Positions 1 through 10,528 of a DNA stretch of 41,080 nucleotides are shown here, in pieces. Within the stretch, counting starts at the first letter, position 1. Each line of letters starts with the position of its first letter. Origin of the DNA: Phascolarctobacterium sp. (GTDB lineage Bacteria > Bacillota > Negativicutes > Acidaminococcales > Acidaminococcaceae); contig JBJDXC010000158.1 in assembly GCA_051866475.1 (NCBI GenBank), forward strand, positions 1-41,080, in the 5' to 3' direction. Under the pieces are notes generated by a model. That model was not told the origin of the DNA. It worked only from the letters and a program-made list of their open reading frames with translations, and ran no database searches. The position numbers and the translations under genes were made by a program.

Positions 1-2
1 AT

Positions 3-47
3 GGCAAAGCATTTGCTGGCCTGCTGAAGAGATATTTCGGCAAATAA
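3..47 (+). CDS. Probable 3' end of a gene entering from the left edge (...GKAFAGLLKRYFGK*), product unknown
   Basis: Open frame 3 ending in TAA at 45-47, followed by a hairpin with a T-tract on the + strand. Confidence 0.45.
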   Translation, partial: GKAFAGLLKRYFGK

Positions 48-66
48 TTTAAGCTTAGTAAAAATC

Positions 67-98
67 AATCCCCGCTCTTAACAGAGCGGGGATTTTTT
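67..98. terminator. Bidirectional intrinsic terminator between the convergent left-edge gene and hemL
   Basis: AATCCCCGCTCT-taac-AGAGCGGGGATT perfect 12-bp stem with an A-run before and a T-run after. Confidence 0.85.
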
Positions 99-116
99 AT
101 TTTCTCAAGCTATTAT

Positions 117-170
117 TTTTCCACACACTTATGCACAATGTGGATAACTTTTACCTGAATATGTGGATAA
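117..170. promoter_or_regulatory. Cluster of four DnaA boxes
   Basis: TTTTCCACA 117-125 (+), TTATGCACA 129-137 (+), TGTGGATAA 139-147 and 162-170 (perfect TTATCCACA on -). All fit TTWTNCACA. Confidence 0.75.
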
Positions 171-1478
171 CTAGGCTTTATAACCACGAGCTTCCGCAAC
201 CTTTGCAAAGGCTACGCTAGCTGCGTCAATGGTCTTTTGGATATCCTCAGGACTGTGAGCCAAGGACAAGAAGTTGGTTTCGAATTGGCTGGGCGGTAAA
301 TAAATCCCCTGCTCCAGCATGGAGTGGAAGTAGATTTTGAAGGCTTCCAAATCACTGGCGGCAGCGCTATCAAAATCAGTTACAGGCTTGTCGCTAAAGA
401 ACACTGTAAACATACTGCCTAAACGATGTACCTGCACAGGCACACCGGCCTTGGCAGCTGCGCGCTCCAGGCCGCCGGTTAAAATAGCGGTCATGCTTTC
501 CAGCTTTTCACAAACCTTATTATCTTCCATATAGGTCAGGGCTGCAATACCGGCAGCCATAGCCAGCGGGTTACCGCTTAAGGTGCCTGCTTGATACATA
601 GGACCGGCAGGAGAAACCTTTTGCATAATCTCCCGTCTGCCACCGTAAGCAGCCACGGGCAGTCCACCGCCGATAACCTTACCAAGGCAGGTAATATCAG
701 GATCAACATCATACAGGGATTGGCTGCCACCTTGAGCACTGCGGAAGCCGCTCATAACCTCGTCACAGATAACCAAAGCGCCATACTTTTTGGTCAAAGC
801 GCGAATGCCTTCCAGATAGCCTTCCTTGGGCAGCACCAAGCCCATGTTACCCGGAGTAGGCTCCATAATTACCGCGGCGATTTCCTCGCCGCGCTCTGCG
901 AAAACCTTCTCCAAAGCAGGCAAATCGTTAAAGGGCACAGTTATCGTCGTAGAAGCAACTGCCTTGGGTACGCCGGGACTATCGGGTACACCAAAGGTAG
1001 TAGCACCGCTGCCAGCCTTTACCAAAAGGCTGTCGTGATGGCCATGGTAGCAGCCGATGAATTTCACGATGCAGTCACGACCGGTATAAGCGCGAGCCAA
1101 GCGCAGAGCGCTCATAGTAGCCTCGGTACCGCTGTTAACCATGCGGACCTGATCCATGGAAGGCACCAAGCGACATACTAATTTGGCCAGCTCAGTTTCT
1201 GCCAAGGTAGGAGCGCCATAGGATGTTCCCTTTTCTGCTGCGTCCTTAATAGCCTCAGTTACGCAGTCAGGCACGTGACCCATGAGCAGCGGGCCATAGC
1301 TCAAAACGTAATCGATATATTCATTGCCATCAATATCGTAAATTTTGCTGCCCTTGCCACCGGCAATAAAAGGCGGTACACCGCCCACACTGCGGAAGGA
1401 ACGCACAGGGCTGTTTACGCCACCGGGGATGTACTTACGGGCTTCCTCAAAGGCGGCAGTAGATTTAGTATTATTCAT
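171..1478 (-). CDS. hemL: Glutamate-1-semialdehyde 2,1-aminomutase
   Basis: [33 protein letters not shown] and GKVIGGGLP (PLP lysine) motifs. Start moved to ATG at 1478 (MNNTK), behind SD GGAAAGGA. Confidence 0.97.
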   Translation of the reverse strand: MNNTKSTAAFEEARKYIPGGVNSPVRSFRSVGGVPPFIAGGKGSKIYDIDGNEYIDYVLSYGPLLMGHVPDCVTEAIKDAAEKGTSYGAPTLAETELAKLVCRLVPSMDQVRMVNSGTEATMSALRLARAYTGRDCIVKFIGCYHGHHDSLLVKAGSGATTFGVPDSPGVPKAVASTTITVPFNDLPALEKVFAERGEEIAAVIMEPTPGNMGLVLPKEGYLEGIRALTKKYGALVICDEVMSGFRSAQGGSQSLYDVDPDITCLGKVIGGGLPVAAYGGRREIMQKVSPAGPMYQAGTLSGNPLAMAAGIAALTYMEDNKVCEKLESMTAILTGGLERAAAKAGVPVQVHRLGSMFTVFFSDKPVTDFDSAAASDLEAFKIYFHSMLEQGIYLPPSQFETNFLSLAHSPEDIQKTIDAASVAFAKVAEARGYKA

Positions 1479-1500
1479 AATAGAAAATTCCTTTCCTAAA

Positions 1501-1624
1501 CTCCCTCTGCCTCGCAAGCTCGGCACCTCCCTCTTGGAGGGAGGACAAAATGCTAGCTCTTATTTACAGCTTGTGCTCCCTCCTAGAGGGAGCTGTCAAC
1601 GAGTTAACGAGCTGACTGAGGGAG
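1501..1624. repeat. REP-doublet-like palindromic element made of two inverted units
   Basis: Left unit CTCCCTC-TGCC..GGCA-CCTCCCTC-ttg-GAGGGAGG (1501-1544). Right unit GCTCCCTC-cta-GAGGGAGC-tGTCA..TGAC-tGAGGGAG (1575-1624) is an inverted version of the same architecture. Confidence 0.7.
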
Positions 1625-1635
1625 ATTCTTAAGTT

Positions 1636-2616
1636 TTACTTTAACCACTTAGCTACATCTAGTGCATGATAAGTAATGATCATCTTTGCGCCGGCGCGCT
1701 TGAAGCCCAGCATGGTTTCCATAACAATGCGTTTTTCATCAATCCAGCCCTTTTCAGCAGCTGCCTTCACCATGGCATATTCGCCGCTGACGTTATAAAC
1801 GCACAGGGGACGGTTGAAGGTTTCGTGTACACGTTGTACAACGTCAAGGAAGGCCAAAGCAGGCTTAACCATCACGATATCAGCGCCTTCTTCAATATCC
1901 AGTGCAACCTCGCGCAGAGCCTCATCGCTGTTGGCAGGGTCCATTTGGTAGCCCTTGCGGTCACCGGCAGAGGGAGCGGAGTCCGCAGCTGCGCGGAAGG
2001 GGCCGTAATATGCGGAGGCAAATTTAGCAGAATAAGCCATAATGGGAATATGGTTGAAGCCGTTCTCATCCAGCGCTTCACGAATTGCCTTTACATAACC
2101 ATCCATCATGTTGGAGGGAGCAATCATGTCAGCACCAGCTTGGCAGTGAGAAACGGCAACCTTGGCCAAAAGGGGCAGGGTCTCGTCGTTGTTTACAGTG
2201 CAGCCGTTTTGCAGCACGCCACAATGACCATGCTCGGTATATTCGCACATGCACACATCAGTAATGATAACAATTTCAGGATAGTTGGCCTTGATAAATT
2301 TGCAGGCCAATTGCACAGGCTCATGCATATCCCAAGCGCTACTGCCCACTGCGTCCTTATAGGAGGGCACACCAAAGAGCAGCACAGCAGGGATGCCCAG
2401 GCTGGCAACCTCATCCATGCATTCGCCAAGGCGGTCGATGGACCAATGGTAGTTACCGGGCAGGGACTCGATTTCATGCTTCACATTGGTTCCGGGCACT
2501 ACAAAAATAGGATAAATTAAATCCTTAACAGATACTTCAGTTTCACGAATCATTGCGCGCAGATTTTCAGTTGCGCGGGTTCTACGAGGGCGATAGATAG
2601 GAAAATCAACAGCCAT
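1636..2616 (-). CDS. hemB: Porphobilinogen synthase (delta-aminolevulinate dehydratase)
   Basis: Zn-binding [49 protein letters not shown]; SD AAGGAG. Confidence 0.98.
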   Translation of the reverse strand: MAVDFPIYRPRRTRATENLRAMIRETEVSVKDLIYPIFVVPGTNVKHEIESLPGNYHWSIDRLGECMDEVASLGIPAVLLFGVPSYKDAVGSSAWDMHEPVQLACKFIKANYPEIVIITDVCMCEYTEHGHCGVLQNGCTVNNDETLPLLAKVAVSHCQAGADMIAPSNMMDGYVKAIREALDENGFNHIPIMAYSAKFASAYYGPFRAAADSAPSAGDRKGYQMDPANSDEALREVALDIEEGADIVMVKPALAFLDVVQRVHETFNRPLCVYNVSGEYAMVKAAAEKGWIDEKRIVMETMLGFKRAGAKMIITYHALDVAKWLK

Positions 2617-2629
2617 TCTTAAGACTCCT

Positions 2630-4147
2630 TTACTTGTTATAGTATTGGCGGATAGCTTGTACTAAGCCGTCGATGGTATATTTTTCGGCTTCGATAGCCG
2701 GCTTCAGACCATGCTTTTGCAGGGTTTCGCTGGTCACAGGACCGATAGCAGCCAAAGCAACCTTATGCAGCAGCTCTTGCTTGTCGCCCAACACCTTCAA
2801 GAGGTTGGTCACAGTGGAGGAGCTGGTGAAGGTTACCACGCTGGCGCTGCCCTCAGCGAGGGCAGCGAGGAGCTCGTCCTTATTTTCACAATCAGACACA
2901 GTTTCGTAAGCAGTTACCACATCAACTACGGCGCCGATTTTACGCAGGGACTCTGGGAGTACCTCGCGAGCGACCTTGGCGCGAGCGATAAGAATTTTGT
3001 CGCCAGCAGTGATTTTGTCAGCCAAGGCTTCGGCCAATTCCTCTGCCTTATAGGCAGAGGGGATTAAATCGGCAGCGAGGCCGTGAGCCCGAAGGGCATC
3101 GGCAGTAGCGCTGCCAATGGCGGCCAGCTGGACGCCGGCAAGCGCGCGAGCGTCCTTGCCGGCGGCAGTCAAACGCTCAAAGAAATATTCCACGCCGTTA
3201 GCGCTGGTGAACACCAGCCATTTATAGCTAGCCAACTCAGCGATGCCCCTGTCAAGGGGAGCGTAGTCGGCAGCGGGTACAATTTTAATAGCGGGCACTT
3301 CGATAACCTTAGCACCCAAAGCCTCCAGCTTTTTGGTCAAATCGCTGGCCTGAGCTCGAGCTCTGGTCACGATAATGGTTTGACCAAAGAGGGGCTTATT
3401 ATCGAACCATTGCAGCTGCTCACGCAGCTTCACAACCTCACCTACGAGGAAAATCGCAGGGGGCTTCAGGTTATTAGCCTTCACATCTGCAGCAGCCTTG
3501 CCCAGAGTAGTAACAAGGGTGCGCTGCTCAGGATGGGTACCCCAGCGAATTACCGCAGCAGGGCAGTCAGCACTGCGACCGTTAGCAATCAATTGGCTGG
3601 AAATCTTTTCAATATTTTCCACGCCCATGAGGAAAACAAGAGTATCCACTGCAGTAGCCAAGCCCTTCCAGTTGATGGTGGAAGCGCCCTTGGTGGGGTC
3701 CTCATGGCCGGTAATTACAGCGAAGGAGGTAGCCACATGGCGGTGGGTAACGGGGATACCGGCATATTCAGCAACAGCGATGGCGCTGGTAACGCCAGGA
3801 ACGAATTCAAAGGGTTGGCCTGCTTCTAAAAGCTCGATGGCTTCCTCGCCACCGCGGCCAAAAACGAAGGGGTCGCCGCCCTTCAGGCGAGCTACAGTCT
3901 TGCCCTCTTGGGCCAATTTCACAAGCAGCTTGTTAATATCGGGCTGACGCATGGTGTGGTTAGCACTGGCCTTGCCCACATAAACCATTTCTGCATCCTT
4001 GCGCGCAAAGGCCAAAATACGCGGGTCGGCCAAGCGGTCATAAACCACTGCATCCGCAGTTTCCAAGCATTCCTTGGCCTTCAGACCCAATAGGCCCGGG
4101 TCGCCGGGGCCTGCACCAATTAAATATACTTTACCCTGTTTAGTCAT
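2630..4147 (-). CDS. cobA: Fused uroporphyrinogen-III C-methyltransferase / uroporphyrinogen-III synthase (CobA-HemD)
   Basis: N-terminal [38 protein letters not shown]-terminal HemD motifs [27 protein letters not shown]. Start moved to ATG at 4147 behind GGAG. Confidence 0.95.
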   Translation of the reverse strand: MTKQGKVYLIGAGPGDPGLLGLKAKECLETADAVVYDRLADPRILAFARKDAEMVYVGKASANHTMRQPDINKLLVKLAQEGKTVARLKGGDPFVFGRGGEEAIELLEAGQPFEFVPGVTSAIAVAEYAGIPVTHRHVATSFAVITGHEDPTKGASTINWKGLATAVDTLVFLMGVENIEKISSQLIANGRSADCPAAVIRWGTHPEQRTLVTTLGKAAADVKANNLKPPAIFLVGEVVKLREQLQWFDNKPLFGQTIIVTRARAQASDLTKKLEALGAKVIEVPAIKIVPAADYAPLDRGIAELASYKWLVFTSANGVEYFFERLTAAGKDARALAGVQLAAIGSATADALRAHGLAADLIPSAYKAEELAEALADKITAGDKILIARAKVAREVLPESLRKIGAVVDVVTAYETVSDCENKDELLAALAEGSASVVTFTSSSTVTNLLKVLGDKQELLHKVALAAIGPVTSETLQKHGLKPAIEAEKYTIDGLVQAIRQYYNK

Positions 4148-4160
4148 TCTGTCACTCTCC

Positions 4161-5081
4161 TTAAAGAATTGCAGCCAAGATTTCCTGGCCACCGTTAGCG
4201 AGCATCTTTCTGCCCAATTCCTGGCCCAAAGCTACTGCATCAGTAGCTGCGCCCTTGATAGTATCTCTCAAAACATTGCTGCCGTCTAACGCAGCAATGA
4301 TTGCTTCAATCTTAATTTGGTCACCCTCCACATCAGCATGCACACCGATGGGCACTTGGCAGCCACCCTCCAGAAGGCCTAAGAAGGCGCGCTCCGCATT
4401 GGTAGCATACACAGTGGGCATATCATTCAAAAAGTCTAGCATCTGGCGCACTTCAGGGTCGTCACTGCGGCATTCGATAGCCAGAGCGCCCTGACCTACT
4501 GCAGGCAGGCATACGCTGCTAGGAATCACGTCCTTAATTCTGTCGCCATGACCCAGTCTTTCTAGGCCTGCCGCAGCCAAAATCACGGCATCGTACAAGC
4601 CTTCATCCAGCTTGCGCAACCGGGTATCCACATTGCCGCGCAAATCGCGAATAGTTAAATCAGGGCGAGCTGCCAAAAGCTGTGCCTTACGGCGCAGGCT
4701 ACTGGTGCCTACCACTGCTCCCAAGGGAAGCTCGACAAAGCTATTATACTTATTGCTTACAAAGGCATCGCCCACATTGGCGCGCTCTGTAATAGCGGTC
4801 AAGCACAAGCCTTCAGGCAGCACTGTGGGCATATCCTTTAAGCTATGCACGGCCAAGTCCACCTCGCCGCTAAGCAAATCCTCTTCAATTTCCTTGGTAA
4901 AGAGTCCCTTACCACCAATTTGAGCTAAGGGTACATCTAGAATTCTATCGCCTTTGGTGACGATTTTTTTCAGCACAACCTCACACTCAGGATATTTTTC
5001 CCGCAGGCAGGCTGCAATATGGTTACTTTGCCACAGGGCTAACAGACTTTGTCTAGTCCCAATCTTCAATACGGCTTTCAT
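4161..5081 (-). CDS. hemC: Hydroxymethylbilane synthase (porphobilinogen deaminase)
   Basis: IGTRQSLLALWQ, GKGLFTKEIE, VHSLKDMP, GTSSLRR, RGNVDTRL, LEGGCQVP. ATG at 5081 is 7 nt after AGGAG and overlaps the hemA 3' end. Confidence 0.98.
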   Translation of the reverse strand: MKAVLKIGTRQSLLALWQSNHIAACLREKYPECEVVLKKIVTKGDRILDVPLAQIGGKGLFTKEIEEDLLSGEVDLAVHSLKDMPTVLPEGLCLTAITERANVGDAFVSNKYNSFVELPLGAVVGTSSLRRKAQLLAARPDLTIRDLRGNVDTRLRKLDEGLYDAVILAAAGLERLGHGDRIKDVIPSSVCLPAVGQGALAIECRSDDPEVRQMLDFLNDMPTVYATNAERAFLGLLEGGCQVPIGVHADVEGDQIKIEAIIAALDGSNVLRDTIKGAATDAVALGQELGRKMLANGGQEILAAIL

Positions 5082-6357
5082 CACCAAACTCCTCTCCGCT
5101 TTCGTTCAATAAGAATAAATCACACATCATCTGCTTGTAGCGCTCCTCCTCAGGAGTACCGGCCACAGCATTCATAGCCTTCATGGGCTCCCGCAGGAAT
5201 TTATGCTCCAAGCGCTGGGTCATTAAATCAATTATACGGCGCTGCTCGTCAGTCAGCTCCGGCAGCTTGATAAAGGCCTTTTTGAGCACCTTTTGACGCA
5301 GGAAGTTCATTTTATCGTGGAGCTGTACCATCACAGGACGCATGGTGTAGTAACGCAGGCGCTCCTTCAGCGCAGCAATTTCTTCAGCAATAATCTGCTC
5401 GGCCACCTTAGCCTCATGGGTGCGGAAGTTTTTATTTACATCCACCACATTTTCCAAATCATCGATATTATAAACCGTCACACCCTGCATATCATTCAAG
5501 GCCGGGTCCACATCACGGGGTACAGCAATATCAATTAAAATCAAGGGTCGTGTCTGGCGATTGATGAGCAGAGGCCCCAGATTTTCCGCTGTCAAAACAT
5601 AGTGAGGCGCACCTGTTGAAGTAATAATTATATCCGCCTGAGCAGCCTGCTTGAACATGGCTTGATAGGGAATGGCAGTGCCATTGAATTTTTCAGCCAA
5701 CTCCTGGGCGTGGTCAAAATTACGATTGCTTACAAAAATCGTCTTAGCGCCCTTGTCAATCAGATGGCGCGCCGTGAGCTCGCTCATGTGACCTGCGCCA
5801 ACAACGAGAATATTGGCAGTGTGCAAATCTCCCAAAATATTGATAGCCAAATCCACGGCGGCACTGGATACAGAAACACTGCTATAAGCGATTTTAGTTT
5901 CCGTGCGCACCCGCTTGCCCACTGCAATAGCACGGTTCATGAGAGTATTTAAAATAGTATCGGTCATCCCGTTGTTGCGGGCAATTTGGTAGGCGTTTTT
6001 GATCTGGCTCAAAATCTGACCTTCCCCGATAATCAAAGAGTCCAAGCTAGAGGCTACTCTGAATAAATGCTGCACACACAGGGTGCCAGTGAGGTTATAA
6101 AAATACTCGTTCTTATAATGCTCCCCTGCCAAATGCTCTAAAAGGCGCTTCACAAAAGGAATGGCCTCATGGGGATTTTCGATAACCATATAGAGCTCAG
6201 TACGGTTGCAGGTAGATAAAAGCATAGCTTCTGGAATATTATCGTAGTTGCGCATACGGCGCAAAATGCTTGCTACCCTATCATTAGTGAAATTAAAACG
6301 CTCGCGGATCTCAACGGGGGCTGTTTTGTGATTGAGACCTAAAACTGTTAATTGCAT
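5053..6357 (-). CDS. hemA: Glutamyl-tRNA reductase
   Basis: GLNHKTAPVEIRE, LSTCNRTELY, HLFRVASSLDSLIIGEGQIL, GAGHMS, DIAVPRDVDP. Confidence 0.97.
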   Translation of the reverse strand: MQLTVLGLNHKTAPVEIRERFNFTNDRVASILRRMRNYDNIPEAMLLSTCNRTELYMVIENPHEAIPFVKRLLEHLAGEHYKNEYFYNLTGTLCVQHLFRVASSLDSLIIGEGQILSQIKNAYQIARNNGMTDTILNTLMNRAIAVGKRVRTETKIAYSSVSVSSAAVDLAINILGDLHTANILVVGAGHMSELTARHLIDKGAKTIFVSNRNFDHAQELAEKFNGTAIPYQAMFKQAAQADIIITSTGAPHYVLTAENLGPLLINRQTRPLILIDIAVPRDVDPALNDMQGVTVYNIDDLENVVDVNKNFRTHEAKVAEQIIAEEIAALKERLRYYTMRPVMVQLHDKMNFLRQKVLKKAFIKLPELTDEQRRIIDLMTQRLEHKFLREPMKAMNAVAGTPEEERYKQMMCDLFLLNESGEEFGDESRIEDWD

Positions 6358-6973
6358 CTAAGATGTTCTCCTTTGCCTGAGCAGCATGGCCTGCTGCTAC
6401 TAAATTAATTATATCTTCTGTGAGAATTTGTCGCCACAGGGCTGTGCGTTGTGCAGGAGTTGAGGGGATTTGCTGCACTACAAGCCGCTGCTCGCGCAAA
6501 AATTCGTTAAAAGCTGCAATATCAGGAGTAATTACTTTTTGTAATTTACCTTTTAAAATTCTTGTGAAGGCTGGCATACCGCCCGTGGCCAGTGCCACCG
6601 TGATGTCTCCTTGGGTGAAGGAGGAGGGTACAGTAAAATTACTCAGCTCCGGCTCTGTAATATTGTTGCAGAGCAGGGGCGCTTCAGCGGTGATTTGCCT
6701 ATTGACAGTTGCATTATTGGTAGCAGCAATAACAACAAAGGCTTGCTGTAAATATTGTGTCTGATAGTAATCTTGTACCAGCTGGCAAGAGTGTTTTGCT
6801 GCTGTTTTTTGGAGCAGAGAGCAGAACTCCGGGGCCACTACTGTGACCTTTGCACCCGCCTCGCACAGGGTATTGAGCTTGCGAGCTGCCACCTCGCCAC
6901 CACCGATAATGACGCATTTTTTACCTGTTAGCTTCAAGATTACAGGATAATGAAAATTATTCTCAATAAGCAT
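6311..6973 (-). CDS. sirC: Precorrin-2 dehydrogenase (SirC/Met8p/CysG N-terminal-like, possibly with ferrochelatase activity)
   Basis: YPVILKLTGKKCVIIGGGEVAARK NAD-binding motif, VIAATNN, NFTVPS; first gene of the hem operon. Confidence 0.88.
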   Translation of the reverse strand: MLIENNFHYPVILKLTGKKCVIIGGGEVAARKLNTLCEAGAKVTVVAPEFCSLLQKTAAKHSCQLVQDYYQTQYLQQAFVVIAATNNATVNRQITAEAPLLCNNITEPELSNFTVPSSFTQGDITVALATGGMPAFTRILKGKLQKVITPDIAAFNEFLREQRLVVQQIPSTPAQRTALWRQILTEDIINLVAAGHAAQAKENILDAINSFRSQSQNSPR

Positions 6974-7116
6974 TGGTTAAACCACCTGTAAATTAGTGAT
7001 AATACATGTCATTAAACACCAGTCTTAAGTATATATGATATCACATTTAAACTAATTTTTAAAGAGAGGAAAGGAGAAAAGTGTTAGAGAAGTTACGCAA
7101 TTAGTTAAGATTATTT

Positions 7117-7818
7117 TTATCCCTCGCCCCCACTCAAGCGATAGCCCACACCTGCCTCTGTGAGCAGATATTTAGGCTGCGTGGGATCCTTTTCAACTTT
7201 GCGACGCAGTTGGCGCATATAAATGCGAATATAATGCAAATCATCGTCATAATCATTGCCCCAAACAGCCTTTAAAATTTGCTTATGGGTTAAAACTCTA
7301 CCGGCATATTTCAGCATATATTTAAGCAAATCAAATTCTGTAGGCGTGAGCTTTACCTCTCGCCCATCAACAACAACCCTATGCTGCATCAAATCCATAG
7401 TTATACCACCGCAGGTAAGCAAAGGATTTTCTTGCTCCGAATGGCAAAAACGACGCAGGCATACACGCATGCGAGCCATGAGCTCGCCCATGCTAAAGGG
7501 TTTAGTCACATAATCATCTGCTCCCCTGTCTAGAGCAGCTATTTTTTCCTGCTCTTGCTCCCTAGCCGTCAGCACAATAATGGGAACACTGCTCCACTCC
7601 CGCAGCCTGCTAACCACATCCTTCCCATCCATATCTGGCAAGCCTAAATCAACTATCACCAAATCAGGATGCATAGTTACCGCCTGCAGCAGGCCCTCCT
7701 GTCCCGAAGCCGCCAAAACAGCAGTATAAGCGTAGGACGTAAGCGCCATTTCCAAAAGCTTGCGCATCTGCAGCTCATCATCAATTACCAGAACCTTCAT
7801 ACCCTTGCTTTCCATCAT
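7117..7818 (-). CDS. kdpE: OmpR-family response regulator KdpE
   Basis: VLVIDDE, DLGLPDMDG, GADDYVTKPF, winged helix LTPTEFDLL...VLTHKQIL...GVGYRL; directly downstream of kdpD. Confidence 0.95.
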   Translation of the reverse strand: MMESKGMKVLVIDDELQMRKLLEMALTSYAYTAVLAASGQEGLLQAVTMHPDLVIVDLGLPDMDGKDVVSRLREWSSVPIIVLTAREQEQEKIAALDRGADDYVTKPFSMGELMARMRVCLRRFCHSEQENPLLTCGGITMDLMQHRVVVDGREVKLTPTEFDLLKYMLKYAGRVLTHKQILKAVWGNDYDDDLHYIRIYMRQLRRKVEKDPTQPKYLLTEAGVGYRLSGGEG

Positions 7819-10528
7819 GATTATCTCCCTTCGTTAGTGGCAGCTTAAAGGCAAACACGCTGCCCTCACCGTTGTTACGGTGCTCCGCCCAAACCTGACC
7901 TCCGTGGGCTTCCACAATCGTCTTACATATAGGTAGGCCTAGACCCGTTCCTCTAGCTTTATCGGTGCATTTGCCACGATAAAATTTTTCAAATAAGTGC
8001 TCCTTTTCATCATCGGCGAAGCCATAGCCATTATCAATAACCTGCAAAGTTAAATACTCCTCATCAGCTTCTGCCTTAAGCACAATCTCGCTACCTTGGG
8101 GTGAATATTTGGCTGCATTGTCCACATAGTTTAGCACCACATGCTCCAAAAGTCCACTATCACCTATAAACAAGGGCAAATCCTCCGGCAGCTCACAGCG
8201 CACAAGGGCCTTGCGCTCATGGGCGCCCCACCGTCTTAAGGCTCCTCCTATTATCTCCTCTAAATCGCACCAATCTCGCTTTAACTTCACCATGCCACTG
8301 GTAATGCGAGCTGTATCCAAAAAATTTTCGATGATATGCTCCATCCTTTTACTACTTGTGCTAATGGTTTGTAACAGCTGGTGCTGCATGGTCACATCGC
8401 ATTTGATGCGTGCATCCTGCAAGGTATAAACTGCTCCCATTATGCTGGCCAGCGGCGTGCGCAACTCATGAGAAACAGAATTCAAAATCGCATTACGCAA
8501 ATCATCGGACTCCTGCAAGATGGCTATCTCTTTAGCCTGTTTAGCCAGCTTAGCCTTGGCCAGAAGCATGCCTAATAGGCTGAGCCATGCTTCCAAAAGA
8601 GCCCTCTCCTCCGGTACTAAAAGCTTTTGCTCCATGGGCAAGCCCACTACGGCAAGAGTACTGTGCTCCTGCACAACGGGAAGAAAGAGATGCTCAGCGT
8701 TGGGCAAGGTATCAGTGGAGCGACCGGCAACGCAGCTATTGCGCCAGCACCATGCGGCCACAACCTGCTCCTCATTACTCAAGGCAGCTTGGTCAGAAGT
8801 ATGCTTTTGTTGGCTATCATAAAAAAGCTGCTCCAAGAATTTACCCTTGCCATCCGGCAGTAACACCCATAAATCTCGTTGCAGATAGGATCCTACATGC
8901 TCGTCGAAGGCCGTGGCAATAGCTTTTTCATCATCCTCAACAACAACATCCTTACTGAATTGATACAGGCTGTTGATATCCTGCTCACGACGAGAAGTCT
9001 GCTCTACCTCATGACGCAGCTTCTCCGTACGTTCCCCCACTAATGATGCTACTAAAAAGAAAATGACAAAGCCCCAAATATAACGCAAATTATCAATGCG
9101 AAAGGTATAGGTAGGCGCTAAAAAGAAAAATTCAAAGGCCAGAATACTGCACAGAGCTGTAAAATAGGACGCCTTGCGACCCCACCACATAGCACTTACC
9201 AGCACCGGTGCCAAATACAGTAGTCCTATATTCAAAAGCTCCATAAAGGGGCGTAGCGGTAGCATGAGCAAGGTTATTGCTGCTAGCATCAAAAGAGAAT
9301 AAGCAACCTGCTTTGAGCCAAAGCTCTTAGCCACTCCTCTCGCATTAGTATTGACCACGGAGGGCTGCCTGCCGGTGGCATCCACCTTCATGACATATAC
9401 AGGAATACTTTCGCTTTGATCAATAAGCCTGTCAACTAGACTACGGCGAAAATAATCCTGCCAACTATTGTGCCGAGATTTGCCTACAACTATGGCTGTC
9501 ACATTATATTGGCGTGCAGTTTCCAAAATTGTGTCCACCACATCCTCGCCATATACGCTGCGCACCTTTCCTCCCAAATCATGGGCCAGCTTGAAATCCT
9601 GCCAAATGCGCTCCCGCTCCCTGTCACCCACAGGAAAGCGATGCTCCGGCGTTTCAATATTCACTACCAAGAGCTCGGAATGCAGGCCCTGGGCCATGCG
9701 ATGCCCCTGCAAAATGAGCTGGGAAGCGAAGGGACTAAATCCTGCGCATACCATCACTCTACCAGAGGCAGGCCAAGGTCCGTCGATAGCATGCAGACGC
9801 ATATAAGCTGCCGTATCCTCATCCACATGAGAAGCAGTGTAGCGCAGCGCTAGCTCGCGCAAGGCACTAATATTGCCTTGCCTAAAAAAGCCCTGCAAAG
9901 CTCTTGCAGCAATTTCGGGCTTATAAATCTTGCCGTCGTGTAAGCGCTTTTGCAGCTCCTCCACCGGGATATCTACCAACTGCACTGCATCCGCTTGAGC
10001 CAAAAACTCGTCGGGCACCGTTTCCTTCACTACAGTACCAGTTATTTTGGCAACAACATCATTCAGGCTTGCCACATGCTGAATATTCAAGGCCGTATAA
10101 ACATCAATGCCCGCTTCTAAAATTGCTTCGATATCCTTATAGCGATAGCTATAATGGGAGCCCATCACATTAGTATGGGCCAGCTCGTCGACAATTACCA
10201 GCTGTGGTCTACGCTTAATTATCCCTTCATAATCTAGCTCCTCTAGCTCGTGCTCTTTATAAACAATCTTCTTCAGGGACAACCTAGGTATGCCCTCCAG
10301 CAAAGCTTCTGTTTCCGCACGCTCATGTGTATCCACCAAACCAATGAGCACATCAACGCCTGCCCTTTGCTTTTCCTTAGCTGCCTTGAGCATGGCACAG
10401 GTTTTGCCAACGCCAGCTGCTGCACCTAAAAAGATAGTCAGCTTACCCCTGCCCTCTTGCTTAGCCTGCTTTAGAACCTCTGCAACCCTTGCCTTTTGCA
10501 TATTATCCCGTTTCAGTTTTGTTTCCAT
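7781..10528 (-). CDS. kdpD: Sensor histidine kinase KdpD
   Basis: GKLTIFLGAAAGVGKT, VDELAHTN, LNIQHVASLND, Usp domain, four TM segments, GAF, SHELRTPL H-box, GTGLGL G-box. Start uncertain (10558, 10552 or 10528); 10528 has GGAG 9 nt upstream. Confidence 0.95.
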   Translation of the reverse strand: METKLKRDNMQKARVAEVLKQAKQEGRGKLTIFLGAAAGVGKTCAMLKAAKEKQRAGVDVLIGLVDTHERAETEALLEGIPRLSLKKIVYKEHELEELDYEGIIKRRPQLVIVDELAHTNVMGSHYSYRYKDIEAILEAGIDVYTALNIQHVASLNDVVAKITGTVVKETVPDEFLAQADAVQLVDIPVEELQKRLHDGKIYKPEIAARALQGFFRQGNISALRELALRYTASHVDEDTAAYMRLHAIDGPWPASGRVMVCAGFSPFASQLILQGHRMAQGLHSELLVVNIETPEHRFPVGDRERERIWQDFKLAHDLGGKVRSVYGEDVVDTILETARQYNVTAIVVGKSRHNSWQDYFRRSLVDRLIDQSESIPVYVMKVDATGRQPSVVNTNARGVAKSFGSKQVAYSLLMLAAITLLMLPLRPFMELLNIGLLYLAPVLVSAMWWGRKASYFTALCSILAFEFFFLAPTYTFRIDNLRYIWGFVIFFLVASLVGERTEKLRHEVEQTSRREQDINSLYQFSKDVVVEDDEKAIATAFDEHVGSYLQRDLWVLLPDGKGKFLEQLFYDSQQKHTSDQAALSNEEQVVAAWCWRNSCVAGRSTDTLPNAEHLFLPVVQEHSTLAVVGLPMEQKLLVPEERALLEAWLSLLGMLLAKAKLAKQAKEIAILQESDDLRNAILNSVSHELRTPLASIMGAVYTLQDARIKCDVTMQHQLLQTISTSSKRMEHIIENFLDTARITSGMVKLKRDWCDLEEIIGGALRRWGAHERKALVRCELPEDLPLFIGDSGLLEHVVLNYVDNAAKYSPQGSEIVLKAEADEEYLTLQVIDNGYGFADDEKEHLFEKFYRGKCTDKARGTGLGLPICKTIVEAHGGQVWAEHRNNGEGSVFAFKLPLTKGDNHDGKQGYEGSGN

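Noticed and set aside
117-170. oriC
   Set aside because: Only four boxes in a ~120-bp spacer; no dnaA/dnaN/gidA context or clear unwinding element in the window. Kept as a DnaA-box cluster.
1479-1526. 16-aa N-terminal extension of HemL in the ORF track
   Set aside because: It reads through the palindromic repeat; the SD supports ATG 1478.
2630-4147. CobA-HemD fusion as a novelty
   Set aside because: Well-known arrangement in anaerobic Firmicutes and Desulfovibrio.
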